Shown: positions 10,482 through 21,476 of the stretch, in pieces
Position numbering within the stretch: the first letter of the stretch is position 1
Layout: each line of letters opens with the position of its first letter
Source: Pseudonocardiales bacterium
Lineage (GTDB): Bacteria; Actinomycetota; Actinomycetes; Mycobacteriales; Jatrophihabitantaceae
Reading direction: 5' to 3'
Length of the DNA stretch: 56,062 bases
Assembly (NCBI GenBank): GCA_030840445.1
Contig: JAVEEN010000117.1
Coordinates: 1 to 56,062, forward strand
Notes under the pieces: model-generated
Seen by the model: the letters and a program-made list of their open reading frames with translations, nothing else
What the model was told of the DNA's origin: nothing
Database searches by the model: none
Program-made: the position numbers and the translations under genes

Positions 10482-11090
10482 ATGGAGAAGTTCACGGTCC
10501 ACACCGGAACGGCGGTGCCATTGCGCCGCAGCAACGTCGACACCGACCAGATCATCCCTGCGGTGTATCTGAAACGGGTCACCCGCACCGGATTCGAAGA
10601 TGGATTGTTTCATGCCTGGCGCAGCAACGAGCCCGACTTCGTGTTGAACCAGCAACGCTTCAACGGCGCCTCGGTATTGGTCGCCGGTCCCGACTTCGGA
10701 ACCGGATCCTCCCGCGAACACGCGGTATGGGCGCTGCTCGACTATGGATTCAAGGTGGTCATTTCGCCACGGTTTGCCGATATCTTCCGAGGCAATTCGT
10801 TGAAGGCGGGCCTGCTGACGGTAATGCTGCCGGAGAAGATCGTGCAGCGCTTGCTCGACGACATCTCCGACGACCCATCGACGCAGGTCACGATCGATCT
10901 GACCGAGAGGCAGGTTCGGTGGACCGGTGAGGTACACGAATTCGAATTGGACGACTACACCCGGTGGCGGCTGCTCGAAGGACTGGACGACATCGGATTG
11001 ACTCTGCGTCATCCTGAATCCATCGATGAGTACGAGCTGGGCCGCAAACCGTGGCTCCCAAGCCTCTCCGACACGCTGAACGCGACCTAG
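10482..11090 (+). CDS. leuD: 3-isopropylmalate dehydratase small subunit
   Basis: [34 protein letters not shown]. Confidence 0.97.
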   Translation: MEKFTVHTGTAVPLRRSNVDTDQIIPAVYLKRVTRTGFEDGLFHAWRSNEPDFVLNQQRFNGASVLVAGPDFGTGSSREHAVWALLDYGFKVVISPRFADIFRGNSLKAGLLTVMLPEKIVQRLLDDISDDPSTQVTIDLTERQVRWTGEVHEFELDDYTRWRLLEGLDDIGLTLRHPESIDEYELGRKPWLPSLSDTLNAT

Positions 11091-11110
11091 ATCACGTCCC
11101 ACCATGCCGG

Positions 11111-11138
11111 TGCGGGCGGGCTCTCGGGTCCGCCCGCA
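11111..11138 (+). terminator. hairpin after leuD
   Basis: tgcgggcgggc-tctcgg-gtccgcccgca. Confidence 0.6.
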
Positions 11139-11537
11139 ATGGGTCGTTCCGGGCTCCGATTGGGAGCGTCCGCAGGCGTTCGACTGTTGCGCTGAGCCAT
11201 TTCACGCCATCAGAGGCGACGATCAGCGCTCGCCGTCATCGAGCACAATGTGGACGTTTATTCTTTTGATATAAGCATGAACGGCACCGCCTACGTCGGC
11301 CGCGTGATTTCCGCCGCCGAAAGGAGGTCTCGTTGCGTAATCAGTGGGGCAGGCCCGGAGCCTGGGCGGAAATTCGCTTCGGCGTTGCTGTCGAGTGAGA
11401 ATGATCGTGGCGGCGAATTCAGGTGTCCGAAGAAAGTACTTGCGACACAAGCCGATTTGGTTGTCTATCGCCCTGTCACCCCTTACCGTTCCGGTGAAGG
11501 TCAGCCATGGTGGCTGACCAGCGTCCTGGGAGGACAC

Positions 11538-12035
11538 GTGAACAAGGCTCAGTTCATCGAGGCGCTGGCTGCTCGCCTCGGCTCGGATAAGAAGACAGCG
11601 ACAACGTCGCTCGATGCGGTCCTCGACGAGATCTACGCCGTTGTGGTCAAGGGTGAAAAGCTTACTCTGACCGGGTTCGGTGCATTCGAGAAGCGCGATC
11701 GCGCAGCCCGCATTGCTCGCAACCCCGCCACGGGTGCGAGCGTCCGCGTCAAGAAGACCTCGGTTCCGGCGTTCCGCGCCGGTGCCGAGTTCAAGGCGAT
11801 CACGAGTGGCGCCAAGAAGATCGCGAAGGTCCCGGCCAAAAAGGCGGCACCGGCCGCGAAGGCCAGCGCCGCTAAGGCTCCAGCGGCTAAGGCTCCAGTG
11901 GCAAAGGCACCCGCCAAGAGGGTTTCGGCAAGGAGCGTTGCGGCTAAGCCGGCACCGGCCGCGAAGGCCAGGGCCGCTAAGGCTCCGGCGAAGAAGGCTC
12001 CGGTCAAGAGGGCACCGGCGAAGCGGGCCGGCTAG
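11538..12035 (+). CDS. hupB: HU-family DNA-binding protein with Lys/Ala-rich tail
   Basis: [28 protein letters not shown] repeats; SD ggagga. Confidence 0.93.
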   Translation: MNKAQFIEALAARLGSDKKTATTSLDAVLDEIYAVVVKGEKLTLTGFGAFEKRDRAARIARNPATGASVRVKKTSVPAFRAGAEFKAITSGAKKIAKVPAKKAAPAAKASAAKAPAAKAPVAKAPAKRVSARSVAAKPAPAAKARAAKAPAKKAPVKRAPAKRAG

Positions 12036-12043
12036 GAGCTAGC

Positions 12044-12082
12044 GCACGTCGGCCCCGCCGTGACCCGGCGGGGCCGACGTGT
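12044..12082. terminator. bidirectional hairpin between convergent hupB and mutT1
   Basis: gcacgtcggccccgccg-tgacc-cggcggggccgacgtgt. Confidence 0.8.
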
Positions 12083-12109
12083 GTTCGCCACAGCCGCGCT
12101 CTCGGCTGT

Positions 12110-13015
12110 TCAGTGCATGGCCCGCGGGTAGTAGTCGGCGGCGATCACTTCGTTGTTGGCGTACGAGAGTGCCCAGATAGAACCCTTGCGAGACGAGGTC
12201 TGGGGGACCGAAACCCCAAGATCACTCAGGATGGCTGGAATGGCCTGCCCCTGGCTGCAGATCACCGACGCGCCTTGCTCGGCGCCCAAGATGCGCAAGC
12301 GGGCCAGCGCAGGCTCCGGGTCGGCGAGATAGGCCTCATCGGAGAGTTCGGGCGCGATGAATACCTCGATACCCAAGCTCTCGCTCAGCGGTGTGACGGT
12401 CTGTATGCAGCGGGCCCGATCAGCGCTGAAGATCCGTTTGGGATCGAAGACGGCGAGTACCGGAACGGCATCGCGAGCCTGACGACGTCCGATCTTCTCC
12501 AGCGGCCGAAGCCGGTCGTCGCCGGCGAAGTTCGAACGCTTCCCGGCCTTGGCGTGGCGGACCAACAGCACGGTCGTCGTGTCGGCGGGCAGCCGGGCGA
12601 AGTCGGCCAGCACGCCGCGGTCGATCGGATACGTGAGTCGACGCTGTGCTTCGGTGGGCGTCAGCCAGCTGAGCTGATCGACTTCCCGGCTCGGCAGATG
12701 CGCGCCACCGATGTGCTGCATGGCCCAATAGACGACGCGCTTCTCGGCGTCGGCCAGGCTGTATCGAACCGTCGACAGCCTGCGACCGACGCGCACCCGC
12801 GAGCCGGTCTCCTCCGAAACCTCCCGGACGCCGGCGAGTAACGGGTGTTCGCCAGGGTGCAGCTTGCCCTTGGGCAGACTCCAATCGTCGTAACGTGGAC
12901 GATGGACCAGAGCGACAAGCAGATCCTGGCCGTCGTGACGCCACAGAACGCCCCCGGCGGCCGGAGTTGCCGGTGGCCGGCGGCCGGGGCCGGGGCCGGG
13001 GCCGGGGAGCCTCAC
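12110..13015 (-). CDS. mutT1: NUDIX hydrolase plus histidine-phosphatase domain (MutT1-like)
   Basis: [22 protein letters not shown] Nudix box, LVRHAKAG; GTG overlaps the ppk stop (GTGA). Confidence 0.85.
   Translation of the reverse strand: MRLPGPGPGPGRRPPATPAAGGVLWRHDGQDLLVALVHRPRYDDWSLPKGKLHPGEHPLLAGVREVSEETGSRVRVGRRLSTVRYSLADAEKRVVYWAMQHIGGAHLPSREVDQLSWLTPTEAQRRLTYPIDRGVLADFARLPADTTTVLLVRHAKAGKRSNFAGDDRLRPLEKIGRRQARDAVPVLAVFDPKRIFSADRARCIQTVTPLSESLGIEVFIAPELSDEAYLADPEPALARLRILGAEQGASVICSQGQAIPAILSDLGVSVPQTSSRKGSIWALSYANNEVIAADYYPRAMH
12984..13007. repeat. (CCGGGG)x4 hexamer repeat
   Basis: ccgggg x4; encodes PGPGPGPG on the minus strand. Confidence 0.9.
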
Positions 13016-15135
13016 TCGCTGCGGGGCGCCAGACGCTTGAGCAGGACCTCTTGGTAATCGATGGACTTGGCCCCGCCGCTGCGTACCCAACGGCCGTCGC
13101 CCTGAAGCTCCCACGCGCTGGTATCAGGGGAGAAAGCCAGGTCCAAGGTCTCCCGCAGTTGGTCGGCATTGGGTCCGGTGACCTGCGCAAGCACCTCGAC
13201 CCGACGATCCAGATTGCGGTGCATGAGATCGGCCGAGCCGATCCAGTACTCGGGATCGCCGTCATTGGCGAAGTAGAAAACCCTGGAGTGTTCGAGAAAA
13301 CGCCCGAGGATGGAGCGAACCGTGATGTTGTCGCTGAGGCCTGGAACACCGGCCTTGATGCTGCAAAACGTCCGCACCAGAAGTTCGATCCGGACGCCGG
13401 CCGATGACGCGCGGTACATGGCGTCGATGAGGATCTCGTCCACCAGATGGTTCGTCTTGATCTGGATATGGGCGGGCCTGCCCTGCTTGGCGAGCCTGAT
13501 TTCCCGTTCGATCCGGTCGAGCAGGCCGGCTCGGAGCCGGTGCGGGGCGACCAGCAGCGTGCGGTAGTCGGTCTGGCGGGAGTAGCCGGTCAGCACGTTG
13601 AACAGGTCGGTCAGATCGGAGCAGATTCGTTCGTCTGCTGTGAACAGGCCGAAGTCCTCGTAGAGTCGGGCCGTCTTGGGATGGTAATTGCCGGTTCCGA
13701 TGTGGGCGTAACGCCGTAGCGAACCGCCTTCCTGACGGACCACCAGGGATGTCTTGCAATGGGTCTTCAGCCCGACGAGGCCGTAGACGACGTGACAGCC
13801 AGCGCGTTCCAGCGCTCTGGCCCACTTGATGTTGGCCTGCTCGTCGAAGCGTGCCTTGATCTCCACGAGCACGACGACCTGCTTACCGGCCTCGGCGGCG
13901 TCGATGAGCGAGTCGACGATGGGTGAATCACCCGAAGTCCGGTACAGGGTCTGTTTGATGGCCAGGACATTCGGATCGGCCGCCGCCTGCTCGATGAAGC
14001 GCTGCACACTCGTGGCGAACGACTCGTAGGGGTGGTGGACGAGAACGTCACCTTCGCGCAAGGTCGCGAAGACCGACTTCGGTGTTTCACCCTCGGCGAA
14101 GCGCGGGTGGGTCGCGGGAACGAAGGGCCGCTCCTTCAACTGCGGCCTGTCGATGTCATAAATCTGCCAGAGCGCGGTGAGATCGAGCAGGCCGGGCAAC
14201 TGCTGGACATCCTCGGGCTGCACGTCGATCTCGCTGATCAGGAGTGCGAGGATGGACGGGTCGATGTCCTCGCCGACCTCGAGCCGAACGGGTGGTCCGA
14301 ACCGGCGCCGGACCAACTCCCGCTCCAAGGCCTGCAGCAGATCCTCGTCCCGGTCCTCGTCCACTTCGAAGTCGGTGTTGCGGGTGACGCGGAAGAGATG
14401 GTGTTCCACGACCTCCATGCCCGGGAACAGTGCCGCGAGGTGTGCGGCGATCAGATCTTCCAGCGGCAGGTACTCGGCGATCTCGGCGTTCTGGCTGACC
14501 ACCACGAAGCGCCGGACATTGTTGGGCACCTTGATACGCGCGAACCGGTCGATCTCGGACTCCGGATCGCGGACGAGCACGGCGAGGTTGAGCGAGAGAC
14601 CCGAGATGTAGGGAAAGGGGTGAGCCGGATCGACGGCCAACGGCGTCAGCACCGGAAAGATCTTGGCGTGGAAGTACTCGCTGAGTTCCTGCTGCTGAAC
14701 GCCGGTCAGATCGGCCCAGCGGAGGATGCGTATTCCCTCGGCGGCCAGTGCGGGTTCGATGTCGGTGAGGAAGCACCTGGCATGCCGCAGGGTCAGCTCG
14801 CGGCTGCGCTCGGCAACCATGGCCAGCCGTTCCCGGGGGGACAGGCCATCGGGCGAGCGGACGGCCAGACCCATTTCCTGGCGGCGCTTCAGTCCGGCCA
14901 CTCGAACCATGTAGAACTCATCGAGGTTGCTGGCGAAAATCGAGAGGAACTTCATGCGTTCCAGCAGCGGTTGCCTGCGGTCCTCGGCCAGGGCGAGCAC
15001 CCGGGCATTGAAGTCCAACCAGGACATCTCACGGTTGGAGTACCTGTCGGCGGGCAGATCCGGCACCTCGTCGCCCTCACGGGGTGAAGGCGCGTTCTGA
15101 TCGTTGACGTCGAACGAGGTAGCGGTGTCGGTCAT
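13012..15135 (-). CDS. ppk1: polyphosphate kinase 1
   Basis: [48 protein letters not shown]; start could also be 15144 or 15147. Confidence 0.96.
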   Translation of the reverse strand: MTDTATSFDVNDQNAPSPREGDEVPDLPADRYSNREMSWLDFNARVLALAEDRRQPLLERMKFLSIFASNLDEFYMVRVAGLKRRQEMGLAVRSPDGLSPRERLAMVAERSRELTLRHARCFLTDIEPALAAEGIRILRWADLTGVQQQELSEYFHAKIFPVLTPLAVDPAHPFPYISGLSLNLAVLVRDPESEIDRFARIKVPNNVRRFVVVSQNAEIAEYLPLEDLIAAHLAALFPGMEVVEHHLFRVTRNTDFEVDEDRDEDLLQALERELVRRRFGPPVRLEVGEDIDPSILALLISEIDVQPEDVQQLPGLLDLTALWQIYDIDRPQLKERPFVPATHPRFAEGETPKSVFATLREGDVLVHHPYESFATSVQRFIEQAAADPNVLAIKQTLYRTSGDSPIVDSLIDAAEAGKQVVVLVEIKARFDEQANIKWARALERAGCHVVYGLVGLKTHCKTSLVVRQEGGSLRRYAHIGTGNYHPKTARLYEDFGLFTADERICSDLTDLFNVLTGYSRQTDYRTLLVAPHRLRAGLLDRIEREIRLAKQGRPAHIQIKTNHLVDEILIDAMYRASSAGVRIELLVRTFCSIKAGVPGLSDNITVRSILGRFLEHSRVFYFANDGDPEYWIGSADLMHRNLDRRVEVLAQVTGPNADQLRETLDLAFSPDTSAWELQGDGRWVRSGGAKSIDYQEVLLKRLAPRSE

Positions 15136-15154
15136 GCTTGACATCATGCCCGCT

Positions 15155-15853
15155 TCAAGTTAACGGCTGAAGGTGGGCGACCATGCCCGCGGTGCTCGCT
15201 CCCACGCCAAGCTGCAGGCATCGCTTGAGGTCGTCGGCAGTGTCGACATCGTTGCTGGCACCCAGTCCGGCCTTCAGTTCGACCGCGCCCGACTCGCGAT
15301 GACGAGCAGCCGACTCCGGTCCGAACCGTGGATCGAGGTGTCCGGCGACGCTGCTGGTCAGCATGGTCGTCCCGTGACCGGAATGATCGGCCACGAACCC
15401 ACGGCTCACCGAAACGGCCTCCTGCAGCACCGCGAGCAGCTCCTCGGCCCGCAACGAGGGCAGATCGGCGACCATGGCCAGCACCCGATCTGCCGGATGC
15501 CGGCGGCGGAGCTCGGCGTGGGCGGCGCTCAATGCTGAGTTGAGGCCGCCGCCGGCGTCAGCCATCACCTCGATGCCGGGGGCAAACCCGGTCGCCGGCT
15601 GGGAGGTGACCTGGGAGGTGATCGGGGAGGTGACCTGGGAGGTGACCTGGGAGGTGACAACGTGAATTCCCGAGATGCGGATGTCGTGCGACCCGGCCGA
15701 GGCCAGCTCCCGTGCCTCGACCACGGCGGCGAGGGTGTCCCGTTGAATGGCCCGCACGAGGTCAGCGTGCAGGGCGGCGTCAGTGGTGGCGCCCCGAAGC
15801 CGTGATTTCCCGGCTCCGTCGGGCCGAACCGGCACCAGTACCCGCCACTGCAC
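15155..15853 (-). CDS. cofC: F420 biosynthesis guanylyltransferase (CofC/FbiD)
   Basis: [42 protein letters not shown]; between ppk and gpsA. Confidence 0.85.
   Translation of the reverse strand: MQWRVLVPVRPDGAGKSRLRGATTDAALHADLVRAIQRDTLAAVVEARELASAGSHDIRISGIHVVTSQVTSQVTSPITSQVTSQPATGFAPGIEVMADAGGGLNSALSAAHAELRRRHPADRVLAMVADLPSLRAEELLAVLQEAVSVSRGFVADHSGHGTTMLTSSVAGHLDPRFGPESAARHRESGAVELKAGLGASNDVDTADDLKRCLQLGVGASTAGMVAHLQPLT
15599..15658. repeat. 12-bp in-frame tandem repeat x5 inside cofC
   Basis: ctgggaggtgac units; protein [20 protein letters not shown]. Confidence 0.9.
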
Positions 15854-15921
15854 GTTGGAATGGTGCCACAGTGACCGGCAGTGGCAGACTTCGCCACAGA
15901 TTAGCCAGGAGGGAGGGCACC

Positions 15922-16689
15922 ATGCGAGACCTCAGGACAGAGAAGCCAGGGCCTTACCTGAGATTCTGCGTGATCCTGATCTATCCGCTGACCAGCCTGC
16001 TGTGGCGACGGCGCTGGCGGGGCGCCGACCGGATCCCCAGACAGGGGCCGGCAATCCTGGCTATCAACCACATCTCCTACGCCGACCCCTTCGTCATCGG
16101 ACGGTTCATGTGGGATGTCGGCCGGCTGCCCCGATTCCTGGCCAAGGCCGCGCTGTTCAGGCTGCCCTTGCTCGGACGTATCGTCCGTGGCGCCGGTCAG
16201 ATACCTGTGTATCGCGGCACCGCCGACGCCAACCAGGCCCTCGCCGCTGCCGTGGAGGCCCTGCAGCGGGGCGAGATCGTCCTCATCTATCCCGAGGGCA
16301 CCGTGACCCGTGATCCGCAGTTCTGGCCGATGCAAGCCAAGAGCGGCGTGGCGCGGCTGGCCCTACTGGCGCCGGATGTGCCGGTCATCCCAGTGGGGCA
16401 GTGGGGTTCGCACTACTTCCTCGACTTCTACGCCCGCAAGTTCCGACCGTTCCCGCGCCGGACCATGACCGTTTCGGTGGGCCAGCCACTGGATCTGTCC
16501 GGCTACCGGGGTCGCGAGCCCACCGCCGACCTGCTGCACGAGATGACCGACACGATCATGCGGCAGGTTCGGCTGCAGGTGGCCGCGATTCGGGCTGAGC
16601 TGCCGCCGGAAGACTTCTACCCGCGTCCGGAGGGTGTGGGCGCCGGGGCCAAGGACGCAGCAAGACCTGACAAGCGGGAGAGTGCATGA
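15922..16689 (+). CDS. lysophospholipid acyltransferase (PlsC family)
   Basis: NHISYAD (HxxxxD), YPEGT; SD ggaggg. Confidence 0.9.
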   Translation: MRDLRTEKPGPYLRFCVILIYPLTSLLWRRRWRGADRIPRQGPAILAINHISYADPFVIGRFMWDVGRLPRFLAKAALFRLPLLGRIVRGAGQIPVYRGTADANQALAAAVEALQRGEIVLIYPEGTVTRDPQFWPMQAKSGVARLALLAPDVPVIPVGQWGSHYFLDFYARKFRPFPRRTMTVSVGQPLDLSGYRGREPTADLLHEMTDTIMRQVRLQVAAIRAELPPEDFYPRPEGVGAGAKDAARPDKRESA

Positions 16690-17681
16690 GGGCAGCGGTT
16701 CTGGGCTCGGGTAACTGGGGGACCACCTTCGCCAAGGTGCTGGTCGACGCCGGCACCGAGACCACGATGTGGGCCCGTCGGGAAGAACTCGCCGCCGTCA
16801 TCAACGCCCAGCACAGCAATCCCGACTACCTGCCGGGCATAAACCTGCCCAGATCCCTGCGGGCCACGTCGGATGCCGCTGAGGCCGTGGCCGGCGCAGA
16901 CCTCGTAGTCCTGGCCGTGCCGTCACAGACCGCGCGAGCCAATCTCGAGGCGTGGGCCGGCCTACTGCCCTCCGACGCGACGCTGGTCAGCCTGATGAAA
17001 GGCATCGAACTCGGCACGGTGAAGCGGATGAGCGAGGTCATCGCCGAGGTTGCCAAGGCCGACCCAGACCGGGTGGCGGTGGTGTCGGGCCCGAATCTGG
17101 CCCGCGAGATCGCGATGGGTCAGCCGACTGCCACTGTCATCGCCTGCATCGACCTCGCTCGGGCCGAGCAGGTCCAGGGAGCCTGTAGTGCTCCGTACTT
17201 CCGGCCATACACCAACGTCGACGTCATCGGCACCGAACTCGGCGGCGCGGTCAAGAACGTGATCGCGCTGGCCTGCGGAATGGCGGTGGGCATGGGCTTC
17301 GGCGACAACACCGTGGCGTCGCTCATCACCCGCGGGCTGGCCGAGACGTCCCGGCTGGGCAGCGCCCTCGGCGCCGATCCCCTCACCTTCGCCGGTCTGG
17401 CCGGTCTGGGCGATCTCGTCGCCACTTGCGCGTCCCCGCTGTCGCGGAATCGCACGTTCGGCGAGCAGCTGGGCCTGGGCGACAGCGTCGAGCAGGCTCA
17501 ACTGGCCACCCATGGCCAGGTCGCTGAGGGCGTGAAGTCGTGCCAGTCGATCCTGGACCTGGCCGAGCGGCACGGGGTGGACGTACCCATCGTGAGGGAG
17601 GTGGCATCGGTATGTCACGGCGAGTCCTCGCCACGACTGGCCCTTCAGCGGTTGATGAGTCGCTCCATCAAGAGCGAATAG
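16686..17681 (+). CDS. gpsA: NAD(P)H-dependent glycerol-3-phosphate dehydrogenase
   Basis: [39 protein letters not shown]. Confidence 0.96.
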   Translation: MRAAVLGSGNWGTTFAKVLVDAGTETTMWARREELAAVINAQHSNPDYLPGINLPRSLRATSDAAEAVAGADLVVLAVPSQTARANLEAWAGLLPSDATLVSLMKGIELGTVKRMSEVIAEVAKADPDRVAVVSGPNLAREIAMGQPTATVIACIDLARAEQVQGACSAPYFRPYTNVDVIGTELGGAVKNVIALACGMAVGMGFGDNTVASLITRGLAETSRLGSALGADPLTFAGLAGLGDLVATCASPLSRNRTFGEQLGLGDSVEQAQLATHGQVAEGVKSCQSILDLAERHGVDVPIVREVASVCHGESSPRLALQRLMSRSIKSE

Positions 17682-17703
17682 CCATCGGCTAGCGTGCATC
17701 ATC

Positions 17704-18777
17704 GTGACCGAACGGATCCGAGTCGCCCTGGTCTACGGCGGACGAAGCAGCGAACATCCCATCTCGGTGGTGAGCGCCGGCAGCGTGCTCGCCGCACTCG
17801 ATCCCGACCGCTACGAGGTGATCACGGTCGGCATCACCCGCAGCGGTGCCTGGATCCGCACCGACGCCGATCCGGCTGAGTTGCAGATCACCGGCCGGCG
17901 ACTGCCCGAGGTCACGGCCGGCGGGGCGGAGGTAGCCCTGCGGGCCGGTACCGCCGACGCGGCGGTCTTCGACGCTCGATCGGCCGTCGCGGACTTGGAT
18001 TCGGTTGACGTGGTGTTTCCCGTGCTGCACGGCGCGTACGGCGAGGACGGCACCATCCAGGGCCTGTTGGAGATGGCCGGCGTGCCCTATGTCGGCTCTG
18101 GGGTACTGGCAAGTGCCGCTGGTATGGACAAGGTCTTCACCAAGACCGTCCTCAAGGCGGCGGGACTGGACGTCGGGCGGTACGAGGTCGTTCGCCGGGG
18201 CCGGGCCGTCCGGGCCGCCGATATCGAGCATCTGGGATTGCCGGTGTTCGTCAAGCCGGCCCGGGCCGGTTCCAGCGTGGGCATCACCAAGCTGCGCTCC
18301 TACGACGAGCTCGAGGATGCCCTGGCCCTTGCTTTCGAGCACGATTCGAAGGTGCTGATCGAGGCGGCCGTCGTGGGGCGCGAGATCGAGTGCGGCGTGC
18401 TGCAGGACGCCGATGGATCGGTGTCGGCGTCGCTACCCGCCGAGATCCGGTTGCACCCGGACTTCGACTGGTACAGCTTCGACGCGAAGTACCTCGACGA
18501 CGCGTGTGACTTCGACATCCCGGCGAAGCTCGCCGACGATGCGATCGCCGGCATCCAGCAAGCCGCGTGCGTGGCGTTCGACGCCTTGGAATGCGCCGGG
18601 TTGGCCCGGGTGGACTTCTTCGTCACCGACGACGGTGGCCTCATCGTCAACGAGATCAACACCATGCCCGGCTTCACCCCGATCTCGATGTACCCGCGGA
18701 TGTGGGCCGAGTCCGGCGTCAGCTACAGCGAGCTGATCGATCGGCTCGTCGACACCGCGTTGGCCCGCAGGCGCTGA
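17704..18777 (+). CDS. ddl: D-alanine--D-alanine ligase
   Basis: GGRSSEH, HGAYGEDG, KPARAGSSVG, YSFDAKY, NEINTMPG. Confidence 0.96.
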   Translation: MTERIRVALVYGGRSSEHPISVVSAGSVLAALDPDRYEVITVGITRSGAWIRTDADPAELQITGRRLPEVTAGGAEVALRAGTADAAVFDARSAVADLDSVDVVFPVLHGAYGEDGTIQGLLEMAGVPYVGSGVLASAAGMDKVFTKTVLKAAGLDVGRYEVVRRGRAVRAADIEHLGLPVFVKPARAGSSVGITKLRSYDELEDALALAFEHDSKVLIEAAVVGREIECGVLQDADGSVSASLPAEIRLHPDFDWYSFDAKYLDDACDFDIPAKLADDAIAGIQQAACVAFDALECAGLARVDFFVTDDGGLIVNEINTMPGFTPISMYPRMWAESGVSYSELIDRLVDTALARRR

Positions 18778-18851
18778 GCGGCTCCGCCCGCCCGGCCCTG
18801 CCAGACCGGCCCTGCGCAATCGCGGCGCCGGCAGTCCCGGGTTCGATGGCG

Positions 18852-19448
18852 TCAACCTCCGCAGATCGGCAGCTTCTTGTTGGTCGTGTTGCCGACGCTG
18901 TCGGTCGCGGTGCACCTCTGGGGCAGCGCGGCGATGGCCGGGGCCAGGTCGGGCAGCGGCTGGTCCTGATTCGCGGGCACCGTAACGTCGATGTAGACGC
19001 TGCGATCCACCGCCGTGTACACCGTTTGCGTCTTCTGGGGGTCCGGTTGCCAGATGATGCCACTCACGTCCAGCAGCTGGGCGGCCGTGGGGGTGCCGAA
19101 CACGGCAGGTCGGCTCACCCCGCAGCGGATCACGATCGCCGGATCCCCCCACGCCGCGACGAAGGATGAATCCGTCTCGGTCTTGCGGGGCGGGAGGGTA
19201 CCGAGCTGGACGGGCAGTTTCTGGAACACCTTGATGCAGGCCTGTTGAGTCGCGGGGTTGGGTGCGGGTGGAGCGGGCACGGCGACGCCGGGAAGTGCGC
19301 TGGCCGTGGCGGGGACGGCCGTCGGTCCGTTCGGCTTGCCGCCGCGGTCCCCGGCTGTGAACAGAAAGGCCAGCACGACCGTCACCGGCACCGCGATCGC
19401 GGTGGCGATGAGCGCCGGCCGGCGTGAGCCGGAGTCACTGCGAGCGAT
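18852..19448 (-). CDS. DUF3515-like membrane-anchored protein, probable ATC start
   Basis: ALIATAIAVPV TM, AAWGDPAIVIRCGV, YTAVDRSVYIDVTVP; usual position between ddl and thiL; first canonical start GTG 19391 falls inside the TM. Confidence 0.75.
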   Translation of the reverse strand: MARSDSGSRRPALIATAIAVPVTVVLAFLFTAGDRGGKPNGPTAVPATASALPGVAVPAPPAPNPATQQACIKVFQKLPVQLGTLPPRKTETDSSFVAAWGDPAIVIRCGVSRPAVFGTPTAAQLLDVSGIIWQPDPQKTQTVYTAVDRSVYIDVTVPANQDQPLPDLAPAIAALPQRCTATDSVGNTTNKKLPICGG

Positions 19449-19490
19449 GGTGGTTCCTCGATGAACAGGAGCCGATCCTGGCGGACCAGC

Positions 19491-19733
19491 TCAGATGTGC
19501 ACGACCGGGCAGGTCAGGGTCCGCGTGATGCCCGGTACGCCCTGCACCTTGGCCACCACCAGCCGTCCTAGCTCATCGACGTTACTGGCTTCGGCCCGGA
19601 CGATCACGTCGTAGGGCCCGGTCACATCCTCGGCGAGCTTTACGCCGGAGATGGTGGAGATCTCGGACGCGACGGATGCCGCCTTGCCGACCTCGGTCTG
19701 GATGAGGATGTAGGCCTGAACCGTATCGGACAC
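19491..19733 (-). CDS. Lrp/AsnC ligand-binding-domain-only protein
   Basis: VQAYILIQTEVGKA..VTGPYDVIV..RTLTCPVVH; SD gaaagga; no HTH. Confidence 0.9.
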   Translation of the reverse strand: MSDTVQAYILIQTEVGKAASVASEISTISGVKLAEDVTGPYDVIVRAEASNVDELGRLVVAKVQGVPGITRTLTCPVVHI

Positions 19734-19845
19734 GGTGCGTCCTTTCGTCGTTATCGGCGATTGGTAGCCGCTGGAGCGGGCAATACAGGTCGGAGCTAGT
19801 AGAACCTAGCGCAGGCCCGGATGGCCGCCATGTGAAGATGCTCTG

Positions 19846-20874
19846 GTGAGGCGCCGGCGCTCACGCCTTGTGCGGGGGGCGGCGTCTGAAACTGTACGCA
19901 CTCTGGAGGCGGGTCAGATTTCCGAACCGAGAACGATTGCCGAGTTGGGTGAATTCGGTCTCATCCATCGCATGACGAGGGCGCTGCAGTCCGGCGCCCG
20001 TAGCGGTTCGACCATCATCGGTCCCGGCGACGACGCCGCCGTAGTGGCCATGCCGGACGGGCGGGTGGTGGCCTCGACGGACCTGCTGATCGAGAACCGG
20101 CACTTTCGGCGGGACTGGTCGACCGCCAACGACGTGGGACGCAAAGCGGCGGCCCGCAACCTCGCCGACATCGTGGCTATGGGGGCGAGCCCGACCTCGC
20201 TGCTGGTCGGCTTGGCCGCGCCCGGAACGCTGGAACTGACCTGGGTGGACGGCCTGGTTGCCGGCTTCGCCGAGGAATGCGGTCAGGTGGGGGCAGCCGT
20301 GGTCGGCGGTGACGTCAGCGCCGCCGAGTCGATCATCCTGTCGGTGACCGCGCTCGGCGATCTGCAAGGTCGCGAACCGGTGTTGCTCTCCGGTGCACGT
20401 GCCGGACACGTTGTCGCCGTCTGTGGCCGGCTCGGCTGGGCCGCTGCTGGTTTCGCCGTCCTGTCCCGGGGGTTTCGCTCGCCGGTCCAGGTCGTCAACG
20501 CCCATCGGCGACCAGAACCGCCTTATGCCCAGGGGCCGAAAGCGGCAGAACTCGGAGCCACGTCGATGACCGACGTCTCGGACGGGCTGATCGCCGATCT
20601 CGGGCATATCGCCACGGCGAGCGGGGTGCGGATCGACCTTCGCGGTGAAGCGCTCGCGCCCACCGCCAAACTCCGCGATGTCGCCTCGGCCCTCAATGTC
20701 GATCCGATGACCTGGGTCCTGACCGGTGGTGATGATTACTCGCTGGTCGCCACCTTTTCCAACTTCGCTTCGGTGCCTTCGGGATGGACGGCCATCGGCC
20801 TGGTCCGAGAGGGCGAGGGGGTACGGGTGGACGGTCTGCGCTGGTCCGATGGCGGTCACGAGCACTTCAAGTGA
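19846..20874 (+). CDS. thiL: thiamine-monophosphate kinase
   Basis: GEFGLI, GPGDDAA, NLADIVAMG, GGD, TDVSDGL, GGDDY; start uncertain. Confidence 0.93.
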   Translation: MRRRRSRLVRGAASETVRTLEAGQISEPRTIAELGEFGLIHRMTRALQSGARSGSTIIGPGDDAAVVAMPDGRVVASTDLLIENRHFRRDWSTANDVGRKAAARNLADIVAMGASPTSLLVGLAAPGTLELTWVDGLVAGFAEECGQVGAAVVGGDVSAAESIILSVTALGDLQGREPVLLSGARAGHVVAVCGRLGWAAAGFAVLSRGFRSPVQVVNAHRRPEPPYAQGPKAAELGATSMTDVSDGLIADLGHIATASGVRIDLRGEALAPTAKLRDVASALNVDPMTWVLTGGDDYSLVATFSNFASVPSGWTAIGLVREGEGVRVDGLRWSDGGHEHFK

Positions 20875-20986
20875 CCAGCACCGAGGATGGCGCGACGGTC
20901 ATGCTCGTCGCGGCGCGGCGCCGCGACGAGCACGACGTGACGCGGAGCCGTGACGTGGATTCGCCCGGCCGGCACAGGGCTGGCAC

Positions 20987-21026
20987 GGCACAGGGCCGGC
21001 CCCCAGATTGGAGCCGGCCCTGTGCC
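20987..21026. terminator. hairpin between convergent thiL and rpmB
   Basis: ggcacagggccggc ... gccggccctgtgcc, 14-bp stem. Confidence 0.75.
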
Positions 21027-21069
21027 TTAGCGGATCGGTGTCGAGCGGCCGGTACGTCAGCCGCACCAA

Positions 21070-21261
21070 TTAGGCGCGGGTGACCTTGCCCGCCTTGAGG
21101 CAGGACGTGCACACGGTGACCCGCCGACGGGTCCCGGGCGCCACGAGCGCGCGGACGGTCTGCACGTTCGGGTTCCATCGACGGTGCGTCCGACGGTGAG
21201 AGTGCGAAACGGACATGCCGAAGCCGGGCCCCTTGCCGCAGACATCGCAGTGGCTGGCCAC
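21070..21261 (-). CDS. rpmB: 50S ribosomal protein L28 (Zn-binding form)
   Basis: CDVCGKGPGFG..SHSHRRT.RRWNPN..CTSCLKAGKV; SD gaggagg. Confidence 0.97.
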   Translation of the reverse strand: MASHCDVCGKGPGFGMSVSHSHRRTHRRWNPNVQTVRALVAPGTRRRVTVCTSCLKAGKVTRA

Positions 21262-21476
21262 AATGGCCTCCTCAAGTTCTCGAGACGACGAAAGTCGTCG
21301 CTATATCCAGATGCATGCTCGCCACCGTCCGAGCCGGACAGGGCAACCGGCTAAGTGTAGCCAGGCTGCCGGGCGGGCTCCAAACCGGGCGGCAAACCAG
21401 ATCGGCGCATCAAGGGCCGCCCAGCGCCCGCCCAGTATGGTGACCGCCAGCACCGATTCTGCCCGAGAGGACCTAC

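Noticed and set aside
11250-11537. N-terminal extension of HupB in the ORF track
   Set aside because: Strong SD and the family start are at GTG 11538; the extension does not look protein-like
19491-19493. Selenocysteine recoding of the Lrp TGA
   Set aside because: The domain ends at its normal family terminus, no convincing SECIS follows, and the downstream gene has its own SD
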